Shown here: piece by piece, positions 1 to 10,400 of the stretch
Position numbering within the stretch: the first letter of the stretch is position 1
Layout of the letters: every line of letters starts with the position of its first letter
NCBI GenBank assembly: GCA_044376115.1
Contig: JBILLK010000022.1
Coordinates: 32,001 to 96,000, forward strand
From: Polyangiaceae bacterium
GTDB taxonomy: Bacteria; Myxococcota_A; Polyangia; Polyangiales; Polyangiaceae
Length of the DNA stretch: 64,000 bases
Direction: 5' to 3'
Position numbers and translations under genes: made by a program
The notes under the pieces: generated by a model
What the model was told of the DNA's origin: nothing
The model's input: the letters and a program-made list of their open reading frames with translations, nothing else
The model's database searches: none

Positions 1-370
1 GCGTGCCCATATGGGCGAGCTCATTCTCAAGCTCCGCGAAGCGCCGTGCGAACTCAGCCTGCGGGGCATCCGGGCGCATCGACTCGTGAATCAACTTCCG
101 TTGATCCGCCTCGAGCTCCTCAATTTTCCGCAAGAGGTCGCGAATGGCGCCGTCGCTGGCTAGCTGGGCGCGCAGCCGAACGTTGTCACCCTCGAGCTCG
201 GTGACTTGGTGTCGCAGCCGCTCGATGTCGCTGAGCAGCTCCTCCGAGATCTGGGCACCGCGCCGGAAGAACTGCTGGATGAAGGTGTCTCGCTCGCGCT
301 TTAGGTCCTCCGGCGGTGGATCACTTCTCACGCCGCTTCGGCCCTCAGGACTTTTCGCCGACTCCGTCAT
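1..370 (-). CDS. Coiled-coil protein, runs off the left edge (possibly the N-terminus of a myxobacterial GAF-domain protein)
   Basis: Not in the ORF track. Hand translation from ATG at 370: MTESAKSPEG...LKRERDTFIQQFFRRGAQISEELL...IRDLLRKIEELE...RRFAELENELAHMGT, open to the edge and heptad-rich. The GAF assignment is recollection only. Confidence 0.6.
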   Translation of the reverse strand, partial: MTESAKSPEGRSGVRSDPPPEDLKRERDTFIQQFFRRGAQISEELLSDIERLRHQVTELEGDNVRLRAQLASDGAIRDLLRKIEELEADQRKLIHESMRPDAPQAEFARRFAELENELAHMGT

Positions 371-425
371 CGAGGAGCCACGCTACCAGGGGATCGTGGA
401 TTTTGGGAATCCGCTTTCTTAGCAA

Positions 426-1526
426 TCACTTCTGTTTCTTTTTCTTTGCGGACTTCTGCCTGTCCCCGAGCTCCGCCCAACGCGAAAGGTTGGGCCCAAG
501 CAGTGGCCCGACGGCGCGCAACTCCGCCAAACTCCGAACACCCACGAGCAACATGACTGCAACGAGCTCCGTGTGTACCTGGCGGATGAAGGCCCGAGCT
601 GCATCAGGCCCGCCTGCAGTCAGGGCCTGCAACACCGGCCTTGCGATGCCGGCAGCCGAGGCCCCGAGCGCGATGGCCCGCGCAACATCGAGGCCCGACT
701 GAAGACCGCCGGTCGCGATGATCGTCTCGAAGCGCGGCTTTGCCCTGGCTGCGAAGAGAATGCTCGCCGCCGTTGGAATCCCCCAATCGCGCAACAACCG
801 ACCAAGCTCTTTGCGCGGCCCCTCGGCTCGCGCCATTTCCACCGCGACCCACGAGGTGCCACCAGCGCCCGAGACATCGATGTGCTTCACCCCCGTCTTG
901 GCGATCTTGGCGGCAGCCTTGGGCCCGATACCGCAACCAGTTTCCTTGGCAAGAACCGGGACGGAGAGCTCGCGTTGCATGCGCTCGAGGACGGCCAATA
1001 CACCGCTGAAGTCTCGGTCGCCTTCGGGCTGCACGATTTCCTGAGCCGGGTTCAGATGCAGACACAGGGCGTCCGCACCCACGCGGTCGACCAAGTCTTG
1101 GATGGCGCTCACGCCCGAAACCGCTGCTTGGACCGCGCCAATGTTGCCGAGCAACAGCACGTTCTTCGCCACCGAACGGACGTCGTAGGTGGTGTCCTTT
1201 TCGGCGCCATGGCGCAGCATCGGACGCTGGCTACCAAGCCCGATACCGATGCCCTCCTCCTCAGCGATCCTCGCTAGTTCCAGGTTGATCGAGCGTGCCT
1301 TGTCTGTGCCGCCCGTCATCGAAGCGATCAGGATGGGAGCCGCGAGTCGCTTTCCAAAAAGGGTGGTGGAGGTATCAATCTCGGCGACGGCGAGCTCCGG
1401 CACCGAGTCATGGAAGAACTCCACTTCCTCGAGCAATGTCGTCTTGTCGCGAAAGCCCACATCGCCCGTCGCGCAAAGGTCAATGTGATCTGCCTTTCGC
1501 TGAGCAATATCCACCGGATCGGTCAT
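426..1526 (-). CDS. fni: Type 2 isopentenyl-diphosphate delta-isomerase (FMN-dependent)
   Basis: RKADHIDLC, SMTGG, GLGSQR, HLNPAQEIVQPEGDRDF, KETGCG, DVSGAGGTSW and WGIPT motifs; start moved to MTDPVD. Confidence 0.95.
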   Translation of the reverse strand: MTDPVDIAQRKADHIDLCATGDVGFRDKTTLLEEVEFFHDSVPELAVAEIDTSTTLFGKRLAAPILIASMTGGTDKARSINLELARIAEEEGIGIGLGSQRPMLRHGAEKDTTYDVRSVAKNVLLLGNIGAVQAAVSGVSAIQDLVDRVGADALCLHLNPAQEIVQPEGDRDFSGVLAVLERMQRELSVPVLAKETGCGIGPKAAAKIAKTGVKHIDVSGAGGTSWVAVEMARAEGPRKELGRLLRDWGIPTAASILFAARAKPRFETIIATGGLQSGLDVARAIALGASAAGIARPVLQALTAGGPDAARAFIRQVHTELVAVMLLVGVRSLAELRAVGPLLGPNLSRWAELGDRQKSAKKKKQK

Positions 1527-1583
1527 GGGCCCCCCATCGCACCGCACGTTCCATGAAGCAAGCTGCCGATGTATGCTCGGGGG

Positions 1584-2564
1584 ATGGAATTCCCGTGGCA
1601 AAAAGAGCACGCCACTTGGCTGTTCGAGCGTGCTGGTCTGCTTGCGGCAGCGGGTGCCGAGCCGGTGGGGCCGTTGGTCCTCCCCACCTCAAGTTTTTTT
1701 CCGGACAAAGTCGACGGTAGCCCCGAGGGTTTCGGCAGGCTGTTCGACCGTCTCAAGCAACACGTTGGGTTCTCGGATGTGGCCACCAACCTCTTGCTGG
1801 TGGACCCCGACGCCAACGAGGTCGTGTCGTCCTGTTCCTCCGGTGGCTGTGGCAGCGGCCTCAAGACCTGGAACGGCAAGCGCGTGGAGACTGACGGGGA
1901 CGGCTATACGGTGCATTTAGCGGTGCCGGAGCTCAAGCACCCGACGGTGGTCACCACTGTTCTGGCGCGCGCGTTGGGCGAGATTTTCTTGTTCGAGGCG
2001 GACGTCGCCGCGGGTGGTAAGGAACGAGGCGCAATCGCGGATCTGGCCGCTTCCATGCTTGGGTTGGCGGTGCTTGTCGCCAATGGTTCGGGCATCGAGG
2101 TCAAAGGCTGCGGCGGGATCAAGGTGCAGAGCGTGACCACCCTCTCGGGGCCGCTTGCCACGCTCGCCGTTGCGGTCGTTCAACGTCGGGACATGTTGCG
2201 CAAGCCGGCGGAAACGGAGCCGCTCGAGAGCCATCTCGACAACGTGGCACGCGGACAATTCGCGATGGCGAAGGCGTTCGCGCGAGCCAACGACGATGTG
2301 ATCCGTCGCTTGGACGACGCACCGCTCACGCTCGCTCAGGGGAAGTTCTCGCTACGTGAACCACGCACCAGCGTGGCCGATCGACTGCGAGCCGTGCTCG
2401 GCTTCAAACCGACCTCCGACGATCCGATCGTTGCGCTGGAAGAGGAGCTGCGAACGCGCGCCGAAGCTCCCCGTCTTGCAACCTCAGGCAAGCCCGCGCG
2501 CAAGCGCCGAGCCGATGCCGACGAAATTCGCGCGCTTGTCGACGAGAGTTTCAGTGAGCGGTAG
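1584..2564 (+). CDS. Hypothetical protein
   Basis: Long ORF with globular composition, divergent from fni, overlapping the argH start; contains CSSGGC and KGCGG. Confidence 0.75.
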   Translation: MEFPWQKEHATWLFERAGLLAAAGAEPVGPLVLPTSSFFPDKVDGSPEGFGRLFDRLKQHVGFSDVATNLLLVDPDANEVVSSCSSGGCGSGLKTWNGKRVETDGDGYTVHLAVPELKHPTVVTTVLARALGEIFLFEADVAAGGKERGAIADLAASMLGLAVLVANGSGIEVKGCGGIKVQSVTTLSGPLATLAVAVVQRRDMLRKPAETEPLESHLDNVARGQFAMAKAFARANDDVIRRLDDAPLTLAQGKFSLREPRTSVADRLRAVLGFKPTSDDPIVALEEELRTRAEAPRLATSGKPARKRRADADEIRALVDESFSER

Positions 2565-3954
2565 CCCCACCAAATCAGCCGGCAGCAGCGGACAACTCTG
2601 GAGCAAGGGCAAGGCGCCAGACGCCGAGATGCTCCGCTACACCGCGCGCGACGACTACATGCTCGACGTCGAGCTGCTCCCCTTCGACATTCGCGCGTCG
2701 ATCGCACACGTGCACGCGCTCGCCCGCATCGGCGCACTGGAGGCTGAGCAAGCTGAACGGATCGCCTCGTGTTTGGCGGAGCTCTTACTGGAGGCCGAGG
2801 CTGGCACCTTCACCATCGCGAAAGAGCATGAAGACGGCCACACGGCGATCGAGGTGGAGCTCACCAAGAGGCTCGGAGAAACCGGCAAGCGCGTGCACCT
2901 CGGGCGCAGCCGCAACGACCAAGTGCTTACGGCCATGCGGCTGTACGAGAAGCACGCGCTGACGACCTTGGCCGGGTTGAGTTCGAGCTGCGCAGGCGCA
3001 ATGCTGAGCCTCGCAGAAGCAAATGCCGACGTACTGATGCCTGGCTATACGCATCTGCAACGCGCGATGCCGCAAACGGTTGGGCACTGGGCAGCGGCGT
3101 TCGCTGAGGGCTTCCTGGACGCGGCGAACGTATTGGATCGGGCCTGCGAGACCTGCGACAAGAGCCCGCTCGGCGCGGCTGCCGGATACGGAGTGAATCT
3201 ACCGCTCGATCGCGACGGCGCTGCCGCAGAACTCGAGTTCGCCGCGCTCGACCTCAACCCGCTTTGGTCCCAGACTTCACGCGGGCTGAGCGAGGTCGTG
3301 CTGCTCGCTGCGGCCTGGCACGCGATGGCAGTCGTGCGACGTTTGGCGTGGGACCTGAGCCTGTTCACCACCTCCGAGTTCGGCTTCGTGGAGCTACCGG
3401 ACGACTTCACCACCGGCTCGTCGATCATGCCGCAGAAGCGCAACCCCGATGTGGTTGAGCTGATGCGCGGGGCGTGTGCCGTCGTTCAAGGCGCGCTGAA
3501 TGAGGTGATGGGCATTGTCGCGTTGCCCTCGGGCTACCACCGGGACCTGCAGCTTACGAAGGCGCCGGTCATCCGCGCGTTGCGTGAGACGCAGGCGACC
3601 CTGGCGCTCGTGCCCGCGCTCGTAACGCGGCTGCAATTCAAGCCAGACGCGATGGCCCGAGCGGTCTCCCCAGAAATGCTGGCCACAGACCGCGCGGTCA
3701 ATCTGGCCAAGGATGGGATGGCGTTCCGTGACGCCTACAAGATCGTCGGTACCGAGGTGCTCCAAGCGCTCGCCGCTCGAAAGCCGCCCGCTCCGCCGCT
3801 GACGGAGGACGTCGAAGCAGGAAGGGCCAGCGTCAGCGCAAGGGTTTCGCCAGGCGCACCAGGGGCGTTGCAACTCGACGTGCTGAGCAAGCGGCTCGCG
3901 CAACGAGAAGCCGCCCTCGAGCAGCGGGAGTCGACCAAGCGTGAGCGACGATGA
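2554..3954 (+). CDS. argH: Argininosuccinate lyase
   Basis: HLGRSRNDQV, MPGYTHLQRAMP, TTGSSIMPQKRNPD and LPSGYHRDLQ motifs; GTG start at 2554 inferred. Confidence 0.95.
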   Translation: MSGSPTKSAGSSGQLWSKGKAPDAEMLRYTARDDYMLDVELLPFDIRASIAHVHALARIGALEAEQAERIASCLAELLLEAEAGTFTIAKEHEDGHTAIEVELTKRLGETGKRVHLGRSRNDQVLTAMRLYEKHALTTLAGLSSSCAGAMLSLAEANADVLMPGYTHLQRAMPQTVGHWAAAFAEGFLDAANVLDRACETCDKSPLGAAAGYGVNLPLDRDGAAAELEFAALDLNPLWSQTSRGLSEVVLLAAAWHAMAVVRRLAWDLSLFTTSEFGFVELPDDFTTGSSIMPQKRNPDVVELMRGACAVVQGALNEVMGIVALPSGYHRDLQLTKAPVIRALRETQATLALVPALVTRLQFKPDAMARAVSPEMLATDRAVNLAKDGMAFRDAYKIVGTEVLQALAARKPPAPPLTEDVEAGRASVSARVSPGAPGALQLDVLSKRLAQREAALEQRESTKRERR

Positions 3955-4198
3955 CGCGAAGACGCTGCCTCGCGCCCAGGCGGCGCCACACGCCACGATG
4001 GCCACCATCGTGGATGGCTCCACAGGCACGCGAGCACGCGTCCCCATCGTCGGCTTTGATGAGGTTTTCGTAAGCGTCGATGCAGTTGGCGAGGTCAAGC
4101 GCTTCAGTCGTCAGACGGGATTTGAGATCCCGCCCGGCGGGAGTTGGAGCGCATGGCGACTGGCTGGAAGAGATCTGCGCCGATGGCGCGTTGGCTGA
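3941..4198 (+). CDS. Small hypothetical protein
   Basis: 85-aa ORF overlapping the argH stop and filling the gap to the first pilT. Confidence 0.5.
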   Translation: MSDDDAKTLPRAQAAPHATMATIVDGSTGTRARVPIVGFDEVFVSVDAVGEVKRFSRQTGFEIPPGGSWSAWRLAGRDLRRWRVG

Positions 4199-4229
4199 GT
4201 GGATCGCGCGATGAGGGGGGAATTGGGCT

Positions 4230-6293
4230 TTGGTTCTACGTGACATTCTCAAACAAGTAGATCCCGACGGCTACGCCACAGTCGAGCTGATGAGCGGCAG
4301 GGCGCCTCGGGTCGTCAAAGGCGACGTCGTGCTGAACCTGTCGCGGGACGCGCTGACAGACGATGAAGTGCTGGAACTATGCGCGCACGCCGGAGCTGGC
4401 CCCATCGTCGACCGAGTCGGATCACGTCCCGAGAGCTGGACGTTTCAAGGAGTGCGCGGGATCTGTGTCGGGACCTTGATGCAAAAAGGGCGCGAGGTAC
4501 TTGCGACCTTCACCGCGCAGAAGCGTGGCAAGGCGGAAGAGCCTGTAAAGCGGCCGTCATCGCCTCGTCTAACGGCCCAACGCGCCGAGGCGAGCGCGGC
4601 AGCCAAGCCCGCCGCGGTCCGCCGTGACTCAAAACCAGCGCGTGCAGCTGAGCGACCGAGTCGCTCCTCGCTTCCGCCCGCGAAACGCACCGCCACCACT
4701 GCACGAGGAATGAGTGGGACCACGCAACCGCCGGCCAACAACGAGCGACCTTCTGCTCGCGCGACGGCACGCCCCGTGGACCCGGCGGCGTGGAACGATC
4801 GCGTCACCCAGCCGGTCGCGCCCCAACTTTCGCCCTCGACTCGCGACGGCAAAACAAAGTCGGATCAGCCACGCGCCAAACTCGCAGAGTCGTTGGCTAC
4901 CGAAACCGACCGGCTTGCAACACAACGGCAAGCCGCAGTGGCGCCTCCACCTGCAAGGCCAGCCGAGGTTGCGGCGCCAGCCCCTCCACCACCTGCCCCT
5001 GCCTCTCGTCCTCACGCCGAGCAACGTCCACAACCCCTTCCGCCCCAGCCTGCTCGCAATGATTTGGAGGCTGGGTCGGTAGCCCAAGCCCAGCCGCAGC
5101 CTGCAGCCAACAAAGCGGCCGGCAAGCTCGTGCTCGACGTAGTGCTCGCGAAGTACCTGAACGAAGCGAGGCGCCAGCATGCTTCGGATCTGCACCTTTC
5201 GGTCGGTACGCGGCCCGAAGCGCGTTTGGGGTCTGGGCTTACCGCGTTGGCGAGTGAACCGTTGAGTGCGGCGGCCATGGACCGCATGCTCGACGGCCTG
5301 CTCAGTGGCGCTAGCCGCACTGAGTTCGAGCAGTCGGGGGCGGCTTGCTTCGCCGTTTCGGTCGAAGGGCTTCGCCTTCGCGTCAACGCCTCCGAGACGT
5401 TGGGAGGAAAGAAGATCGCCGTGCGTTTGCTCGATGAAACTGCACGCGACGTCACAGATTTGGGCCTACCGGCGGAGGTGGAGCAAGCCGTGTCGCACCA
5501 CCAGGGGCTGGTGCTCGTGACCGGCCCAGCCGGCCATGGCAAGACCACCACGCTCGCGGCGCTGGTCGAGTTGGTCAATAGCACCCGCGCCTGCCACATC
5601 ATCAGCGTGGAGGATCCGGTGGAGATCTTGCTCCCGTCGAAGCGCGCGATGGTCTCTCAACGCGAAGTCCATACGCACACGAAGAGCTTCGAGCGGGCGC
5701 TCAAAGGCGCGCTACGCCAAGATCCCGACGTGATCGTGGTTGGGGAGCTGCGAGATGCGACCACCGTGAGGATGGCACTGTCAGCGAGTGAGACCGGTCA
5801 CTTGGTGATTGGCACGATGAATACGCCCAGCACAACCTCCACGATCGATCGCTTGATCGACCTGTTTCCTCCGAGCGACCAGCCGCAGGTGCGCGCGACG
5901 CTCTCGGCGGGGCTCCGCCTCGTGCTCAACCAGCGCTTGGTCCCGCGCGCTGGAGGCGGACGACGCGTCGCCGTATGCGAACTGCTGCCGGGTTCGCTTG
6001 CGCTCTCCAACCTGATCCGCGAGGACAAGCTGTACCAGCTTTCGAGCTTGATGCAGCGCGGTCGTGGCGCGGGCATCCTGCGCATGGCCGAGAGTGCGAG
6101 TGAGCTCGTTCGCGCCGGGCTCGTGCGCAAGGAGGACATCGAGCACCTACTGCCGCGCGAGCGGGAAGTGCCACCTCCGGAGCCATCGCACGCGGAGCCT
6201 CCTCCGCTCAACGAGCCAGATAGCGAGCCGCCCGACGGGCTAGGTGGGCTACTCACGCGGGCGGGCAACATGTTTCGTCGAGGTGGCCAATGA
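4230..6293 (+). CDS. PilT/PilU-family type IV pilus ATPase with long N-terminal extension
   Basis: ASDLHL, Walker A GPAGHGKTT, EDPVE, QREV, LRQDPDVIVVGELRD, ETGHLV, ALSNLIRE; preceded by about 300 aa of extra domain plus Pro/Ala linker. Confidence 0.92.
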   Translation: MVLRDILKQVDPDGYATVELMSGRAPRVVKGDVVLNLSRDALTDDEVLELCAHAGAGPIVDRVGSRPESWTFQGVRGICVGTLMQKGREVLATFTAQKRGKAEEPVKRPSSPRLTAQRAEASAAAKPAAVRRDSKPARAAERPSRSSLPPAKRTATTARGMSGTTQPPANNERPSARATARPVDPAAWNDRVTQPVAPQLSPSTRDGKTKSDQPRAKLAESLATETDRLATQRQAAVAPPPARPAEVAAPAPPPPAPASRPHAEQRPQPLPPQPARNDLEAGSVAQAQPQPAANKAAGKLVLDVVLAKYLNEARRQHASDLHLSVGTRPEARLGSGLTALASEPLSAAAMDRMLDGLLSGASRTEFEQSGAACFAVSVEGLRLRVNASETLGGKKIAVRLLDETARDVTDLGLPAEVEQAVSHHQGLVLVTGPAGHGKTTTLAALVELVNSTRACHIISVEDPVEILLPSKRAMVSQREVHTHTKSFERALKGALRQDPDVIVVGELRDATTVRMALSASETGHLVIGTMNTPSTTSTIDRLIDLFPPSDQPQVRATLSAGLRLVLNQRLVPRAGGGRRVAVCELLPGSLALSNLIREDKLYQLSSLMQRGRGAGILRMAESASELVRAGLVRKEDIEHLLPREREVPPPEPSHAEPPPLNEPDSEPPDGLGGLLTRAGNMFRRGGQ

Positions 6294-7354
6294 CACCCAT
6301 GGCCGAACTGTTTGATGCGTTGCTCGCGCGCAAGGGCAGCGACTTGCACCTCGGGGTGGGCAAACCGCCGCTCGCAAGGATCCGTGGGGAGCTCACGGCG
6401 CTACGCACCTCGAGCTGCACGCCGCTCGAGATCGAGAACTGGCTGTTCAGCATCATTGATGCGCCCACGCGCGTGAAGCTCGAGGCCGAGAACGATCTCG
6501 ACTTTGCCTACGCGCACGGAGACAAAGCGCGGTTCCGCGCGAGCTACTTTCGCAAGACCACCGGATTTGGCGCGGTCTTTCGCGTCATCCCGAGCAAGGT
6601 CGCGTCGCTCACGGATCTCGGCGCGCCAGCCGTACTCACGGCGATCGCCAACGAGCAACGCGGGCTGGTGCTGGTCACCGGCCCCACCGGCTCAGGCAAG
6701 AGCACGACGCTCGCCGCGATGATTCGGCACATCAACGAAACGCGGGCCTGCCACATCCTGACCATCGAGGACCCGATCGAGTTCGTGCATTCATCGCTGA
6801 AGGCCCGCATCACCCAACGCGAAGTCGGAAAGCATGCTCCGGATTTTCAGACGGCGATGAAGAACGCCGGGCGCGAGGACGCTGAAGTGATCTTGGTCGG
6901 TGAACTTCGCAACGCCGAAACCATGGCGCTCGCGTTGCGGCTGGCGAGCTTTGGCGTCTTGGTGTTTGCCACCGTTCACACGAACAGCGCACCGGCCACC
7001 ATCGACCGCTTCGTGAACGCCTTCCCCGCGGAGGACCAGCCGATGATTCGAGGGCTGCTCGCCGAGAGCTTGGTGGCCATCGTTGCGCAGGAGCTGATCC
7101 CCGCAGCAGACGGTAAGGGTCGGGCCGCCGCGCACGAGATCCTGCGTTCGAATAGCGGACTTGCGGCGATGATCCGCGACGGCAAAACGCACCAAATTGC
7201 GAACATCATGCAAGCCGGCGGGCAAGCCGGCATGCAGACGATGGATATGGCGCTAGCAGGCTTGGTGAAGGCCGGGCTGCTGAAAAGCGAGGACGCGCTG
7301 GCACGCGGCCGAGACAAAGAAGCGCTCGCCAGAATGCTGGGGCGCTTGGTCTAG
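6290..7354 (+). CDS. pilT: PilT-family type IV pilus retraction ATPase
   Basis: GSDLHL, GPTGSGKSTT, TIEDPIE, QREVG, VILVGELR, TVHTNSA, GMQTMD; ATGA overlap with the upstream paralogue. Confidence 0.9.
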   Translation: MTPMAELFDALLARKGSDLHLGVGKPPLARIRGELTALRTSSCTPLEIENWLFSIIDAPTRVKLEAENDLDFAYAHGDKARFRASYFRKTTGFGAVFRVIPSKVASLTDLGAPAVLTAIANEQRGLVLVTGPTGSGKSTTLAAMIRHINETRACHILTIEDPIEFVHSSLKARITQREVGKHAPDFQTAMKNAGREDAEVILVGELRNAETMALALRLASFGVLVFATVHTNSAPATIDRFVNAFPAEDQPMIRGLLAESLVAIVAQELIPAADGKGRAAAHEILRSNSGLAAMIRDGKTHQIANIMQAGGQAGMQTMDMALAGLVKAGLLKSEDALARGRDKEALARMLGRLV

Positions 7355-7365
7355 TTGCAGTCTCG

Positions 7366-9711
7366 CTAGTACGCGAAGCGGACGAGGAAGAACTGCGGCT
7401 CCATCAAGCTCTGCAGCGTTCCATCCAGATCAATGTCCTCATCGGCGCGCACCGCTCCCAGCATGACGTTGCCGGGCGCTGCGGCGACGACGAGTTCATT
7501 GGCCAGCGGCGCGCGGGACCAGCGCGTCCCGGAAACTTCACGCAACGCGAACATGAGCCCGGTGCTTTGCCCGCCATACGGGTCGAGCTCGCCCAACCCG
7601 AAGTCTACGGCCGGCACATCGATGCGCGTGTGGAGCACGCCCTCCGCACCGACCACCGCGAACGAGGACGCAGGCAGCTCCGCCCCAGGCACGGCGTCGA
7701 CCGACAGGATCGAGCCGTCGCCAGTGTCGAAGCGCAGCAGACGCGTCGGCTCGACCACCGCCAGCACCCCGTTGACGATGCGCGCTTCGAGCACGCGCGA
7801 CGATGGTAACGGTCGTGTAACCCACACCAAGGTACCTGCGGAGTCGTAGCGCGCGAGCACGAGGTCCGACGATGACCCCGGCAATAACGGCAGCGGATCG
7901 ATACCCCAGTCGATGAGTACGTTGGTGGTGAACGCCAGAATGACGCCGTCGTCGTCGGTCGCGGCGATGGCAACCTCATCGAGATCGAGCTCGAGATCCA
8001 GATCCCACTCGAGCGAGCCAAACAGATCGTACTTCAAGAGGTGCGCGAGCGCCGTCCCGTTGGCGTAGAACACGGACCCCTGCTCCGACATCGAGATCGA
8101 GTGAAGCGCACTCTGTGTCTCAGCGACCGAGTGACGCGGAATCGACACGGCGAAGTAGGGAAAACCGTAGGCGTCGACCGAATACAGAATGCGGTAGGCA
8201 GACTGCGGCCAGCTCCAGGTCGCTCCGCCAAAGGCGCTCGTCGCTCCGGCCTCGGTTGGTGCCGTCAAAGCGAAGTCCCCGTTGGGCGAGACGTGCAAGT
8301 TGTAGGTCTGGCTGAAGCCTGCCTCAGGGAGCACGCTGCCGGTGACCTCAACGCCCCACAAGAAATCTCCGTTGGGTAGGTAACGCGAGAACAATGCCGA
8401 GGGGATGAGCGGCGACGGGACGGGCTCGAAGTCCGGGTAGAGTTCCTCCTCCTCGCGCACCATCAAGGCGTAGGCGTTGCCCTGCGCGTCTGCGCCGAGC
8501 TCGCGAGGCAGCGCGATTAGCGGCTTGCGGAACGCCGACTCGCCGTAGTCGAGCACGCAGTTCTCACTCTCGAGCGACAGTTCGTACTCGAGCGAGCAGA
8601 AGCAACCCGAGCTCGGCTCGTTGACTGCACCGTCACAGTTCTCATCGAGCGCCGTCAGACAATCGTCATCGATCGGCAGCACTTCATCGACGCACGGTCC
8701 CCACTGGCCGGTCGCCGTACAGGTGCGCATGCCAGCGCGGCAAGTCCCAACGTTGAGCGTAAATTCCGGACCGGTGTAACAAAGCTCGCTCGTCTGCGGC
8801 GTACACTCGCAACCAGCGTCTTCCTCGTTGACCTCCCCATCGCAGTCGTCATCGAGCGGCGTCGCACAGTTCTCGGCCGAGGGAACGACGTCCCCGACGC
8901 ACGCGCCGAAACCATCACCCGAGGCCGCACAGGTCTGCTCGCCAAAGCTGCAAATACCGACTCCTACCGTAGCGGCGGGCCCCGAGTAACAAGCTTGGGT
9001 GTCGCCCGCTGAGCAGCTGCATCCGGCATCAGCCTCGTTGCTGTTGCCGTCGCAGTCATCGTCGAACGGCGTTGCGCAATCCTCACGCGCCGGCCCGATA
9101 TCGAGCTCACACGGGCCGAAGGCACCACCTTCAGGTAGGCAGGCTTGATTGCCGGCAACGCAAATGCCAACGCCCTCGGTGCCCTGCGGCCCCGAGTAAC
9201 AGGCGACGACGTCGCCCGCGCTGCATACGCAAACCTCGGCCTGGTTGACCTGACCGTCGCAGTCGTCATCGCTGGCGTTGGTACAGTCTTCGGCGCCCGG
9301 AACGACTTCACCTTGGCAGGCATCGAAACCAAGCCCGTCCTCGCGACACCACTGTGCGCCGCCCTTGCAGACGCCGATGCCCAACGAGGACGGCGGGCCG
9401 CTGTAGCACTTGCGAAAGGTGCCCGGCACGCAGGCGCAGTCCTCGTTGACCTCACCGTCGCAGTCGTCATCGAGCGCGGTTCCGCAGTCCTCAGCGCTGG
9501 GAAGAATTTGACTCTGACAGGCTGAGTAACTGCTGCCGTCGGCCGAGCACGTACGAACCCCCGCGCGGCACGCCCCGACGCCCTCGGTGCCCTCCGGCCC
9601 CGTGTAGCAAAGCTCCTGTTCGAGCGGCTCGCAGTTGGTCGCGGGCGCGCTGTCATCCCCGCAGCCTGCGAGCAGCAGCGCCGCAACGACACCGCGCCGC
9701 GCCCAGCTCAT
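7366..9711 (-). CDS. Cys-rich repeat lipoprotein with C-terminal beta-rich domain
   Basis: Lipobox LLAGC; five ~70-aa repeats CYxGPxx(T/S)xx(V/I)GxCxxG...(DDD/DEN)CDGxxN, then an acidic beta-propeller-like region. Confidence 0.85.
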   Translation of the reverse strand: MSWARRGVVAALLLAGCGDDSAPATNCEPLEQELCYTGPEGTEGVGACRAGVRTCSADGSSYSACQSQILPSAEDCGTALDDDCDGEVNEDCACVPGTFRKCYSGPPSSLGIGVCKGGAQWCREDGLGFDACQGEVVPGAEDCTNASDDDCDGQVNQAEVCVCSAGDVVACYSGPQGTEGVGICVAGNQACLPEGGAFGPCELDIGPAREDCATPFDDDCDGNSNEADAGCSCSAGDTQACYSGPAATVGVGICSFGEQTCAASGDGFGACVGDVVPSAENCATPLDDDCDGEVNEEDAGCECTPQTSELCYTGPEFTLNVGTCRAGMRTCTATGQWGPCVDEVLPIDDDCLTALDENCDGAVNEPSSGCFCSLEYELSLESENCVLDYGESAFRKPLIALPRELGADAQGNAYALMVREEEELYPDFEPVPSPLIPSALFSRYLPNGDFLWGVEVTGSVLPEAGFSQTYNLHVSPNGDFALTAPTEAGATSAFGGATWSWPQSAYRILYSVDAYGFPYFAVSIPRHSVAETQSALHSISMSEQGSVFYANGTALAHLLKYDLFGSLEWDLDLELDLDEVAIAATDDDGVILAFTTNVLIDWGIDPLPLLPGSSSDLVLARYDSAGTLVWVTRPLPSSRVLEARIVNGVLAVVEPTRLLRFDTGDGSILSVDAVPGAELPASSFAVVGAEGVLHTRIDVPAVDFGLGELDPYGGQSTGLMFALREVSGTRWSRAPLANELVVAAAPGNVMLGAVRADEDIDLDGTLQSLMEPQFFLVRFAY

Positions 9712-10400
9712 GACGCCCCGAGTACCCGGACAGCGCTCTCGTCAGCAACGAACACGGCGGTGGCCATGCCGAAAAAGAACCCTGTATCGACCACGCCGGG
9801 AAGCGCGCGAACCGCTTGGTCCAGCGCTCGTGCGTCTTGCCAGCCGCCGGGCGCGCTGAACAGATCGAGGACCAGATTGCCGTTGTCGGTGAGCACGGCC
9901 TCGCCGTTCGCGGCCTTGCGTAAGCGAGCCTCGGCGCAAAGCCGCGCTGCTGCACGACTCACCGTCGGTAACGCAAAAGGAACGACCTCCACCGGCAACG
10001 GCGAGCGCTCGCCGAGCCGCGCCACCAGCTTCTCTGGCGTCACCAGCACGAAGAACCGTTTTGCGTCAGCAGCGACCACTCGCTCGCGCAGCATGGCGCC
10101 ACCGAGACCCTTGGTCAGCGCGAGATCGCCGCTGACCTCGTCGGCACCGTCAAACGCGGTGTCCAGCGGAACGCTCTCCGAAAGCGGCTCCACCGTGATC
10201 CCAACCTCGCGCGCGAGCTTGGCCGAGCGTTCACTCGTCGCCACCGCGACAACCTGCAGGCCTGCTCTCACACGCTCACCCAAGTTGTGGATGAACGCTT
10301 CGGCAGCGCGCCCTGTTCCGAGGCCGAGGCGCATACCGCTCTCTACCTCTTGCAACGCTCGTTTTGCTACTCGGTCGAGAGCGGGGTTTCGGTCGGTCAT
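9708..10400 (-). CDS. rpiA: Ribose-5-phosphate isomerase A
   Basis: GLGTG, DGADEV, KGLGGAMLRE, PVEV, TDNGN and PGVVDTG motifs. Confidence 0.95.
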   Translation of the reverse strand: MTDRNPALDRVAKRALQEVESGMRLGLGTGRAAEAFIHNLGERVRAGLQVVAVATSERSAKLAREVGITVEPLSESVPLDTAFDGADEVSGDLALTKGLGGAMLRERVVAADAKRFFVLVTPEKLVARLGERSPLPVEVVPFALPTVSRAAARLCAEARLRKAANGEAVLTDNGNLVLDLFSAPGGWQDARALDQAVRALPGVVDTGFFFGMATAVFVADESAVRVLGAS

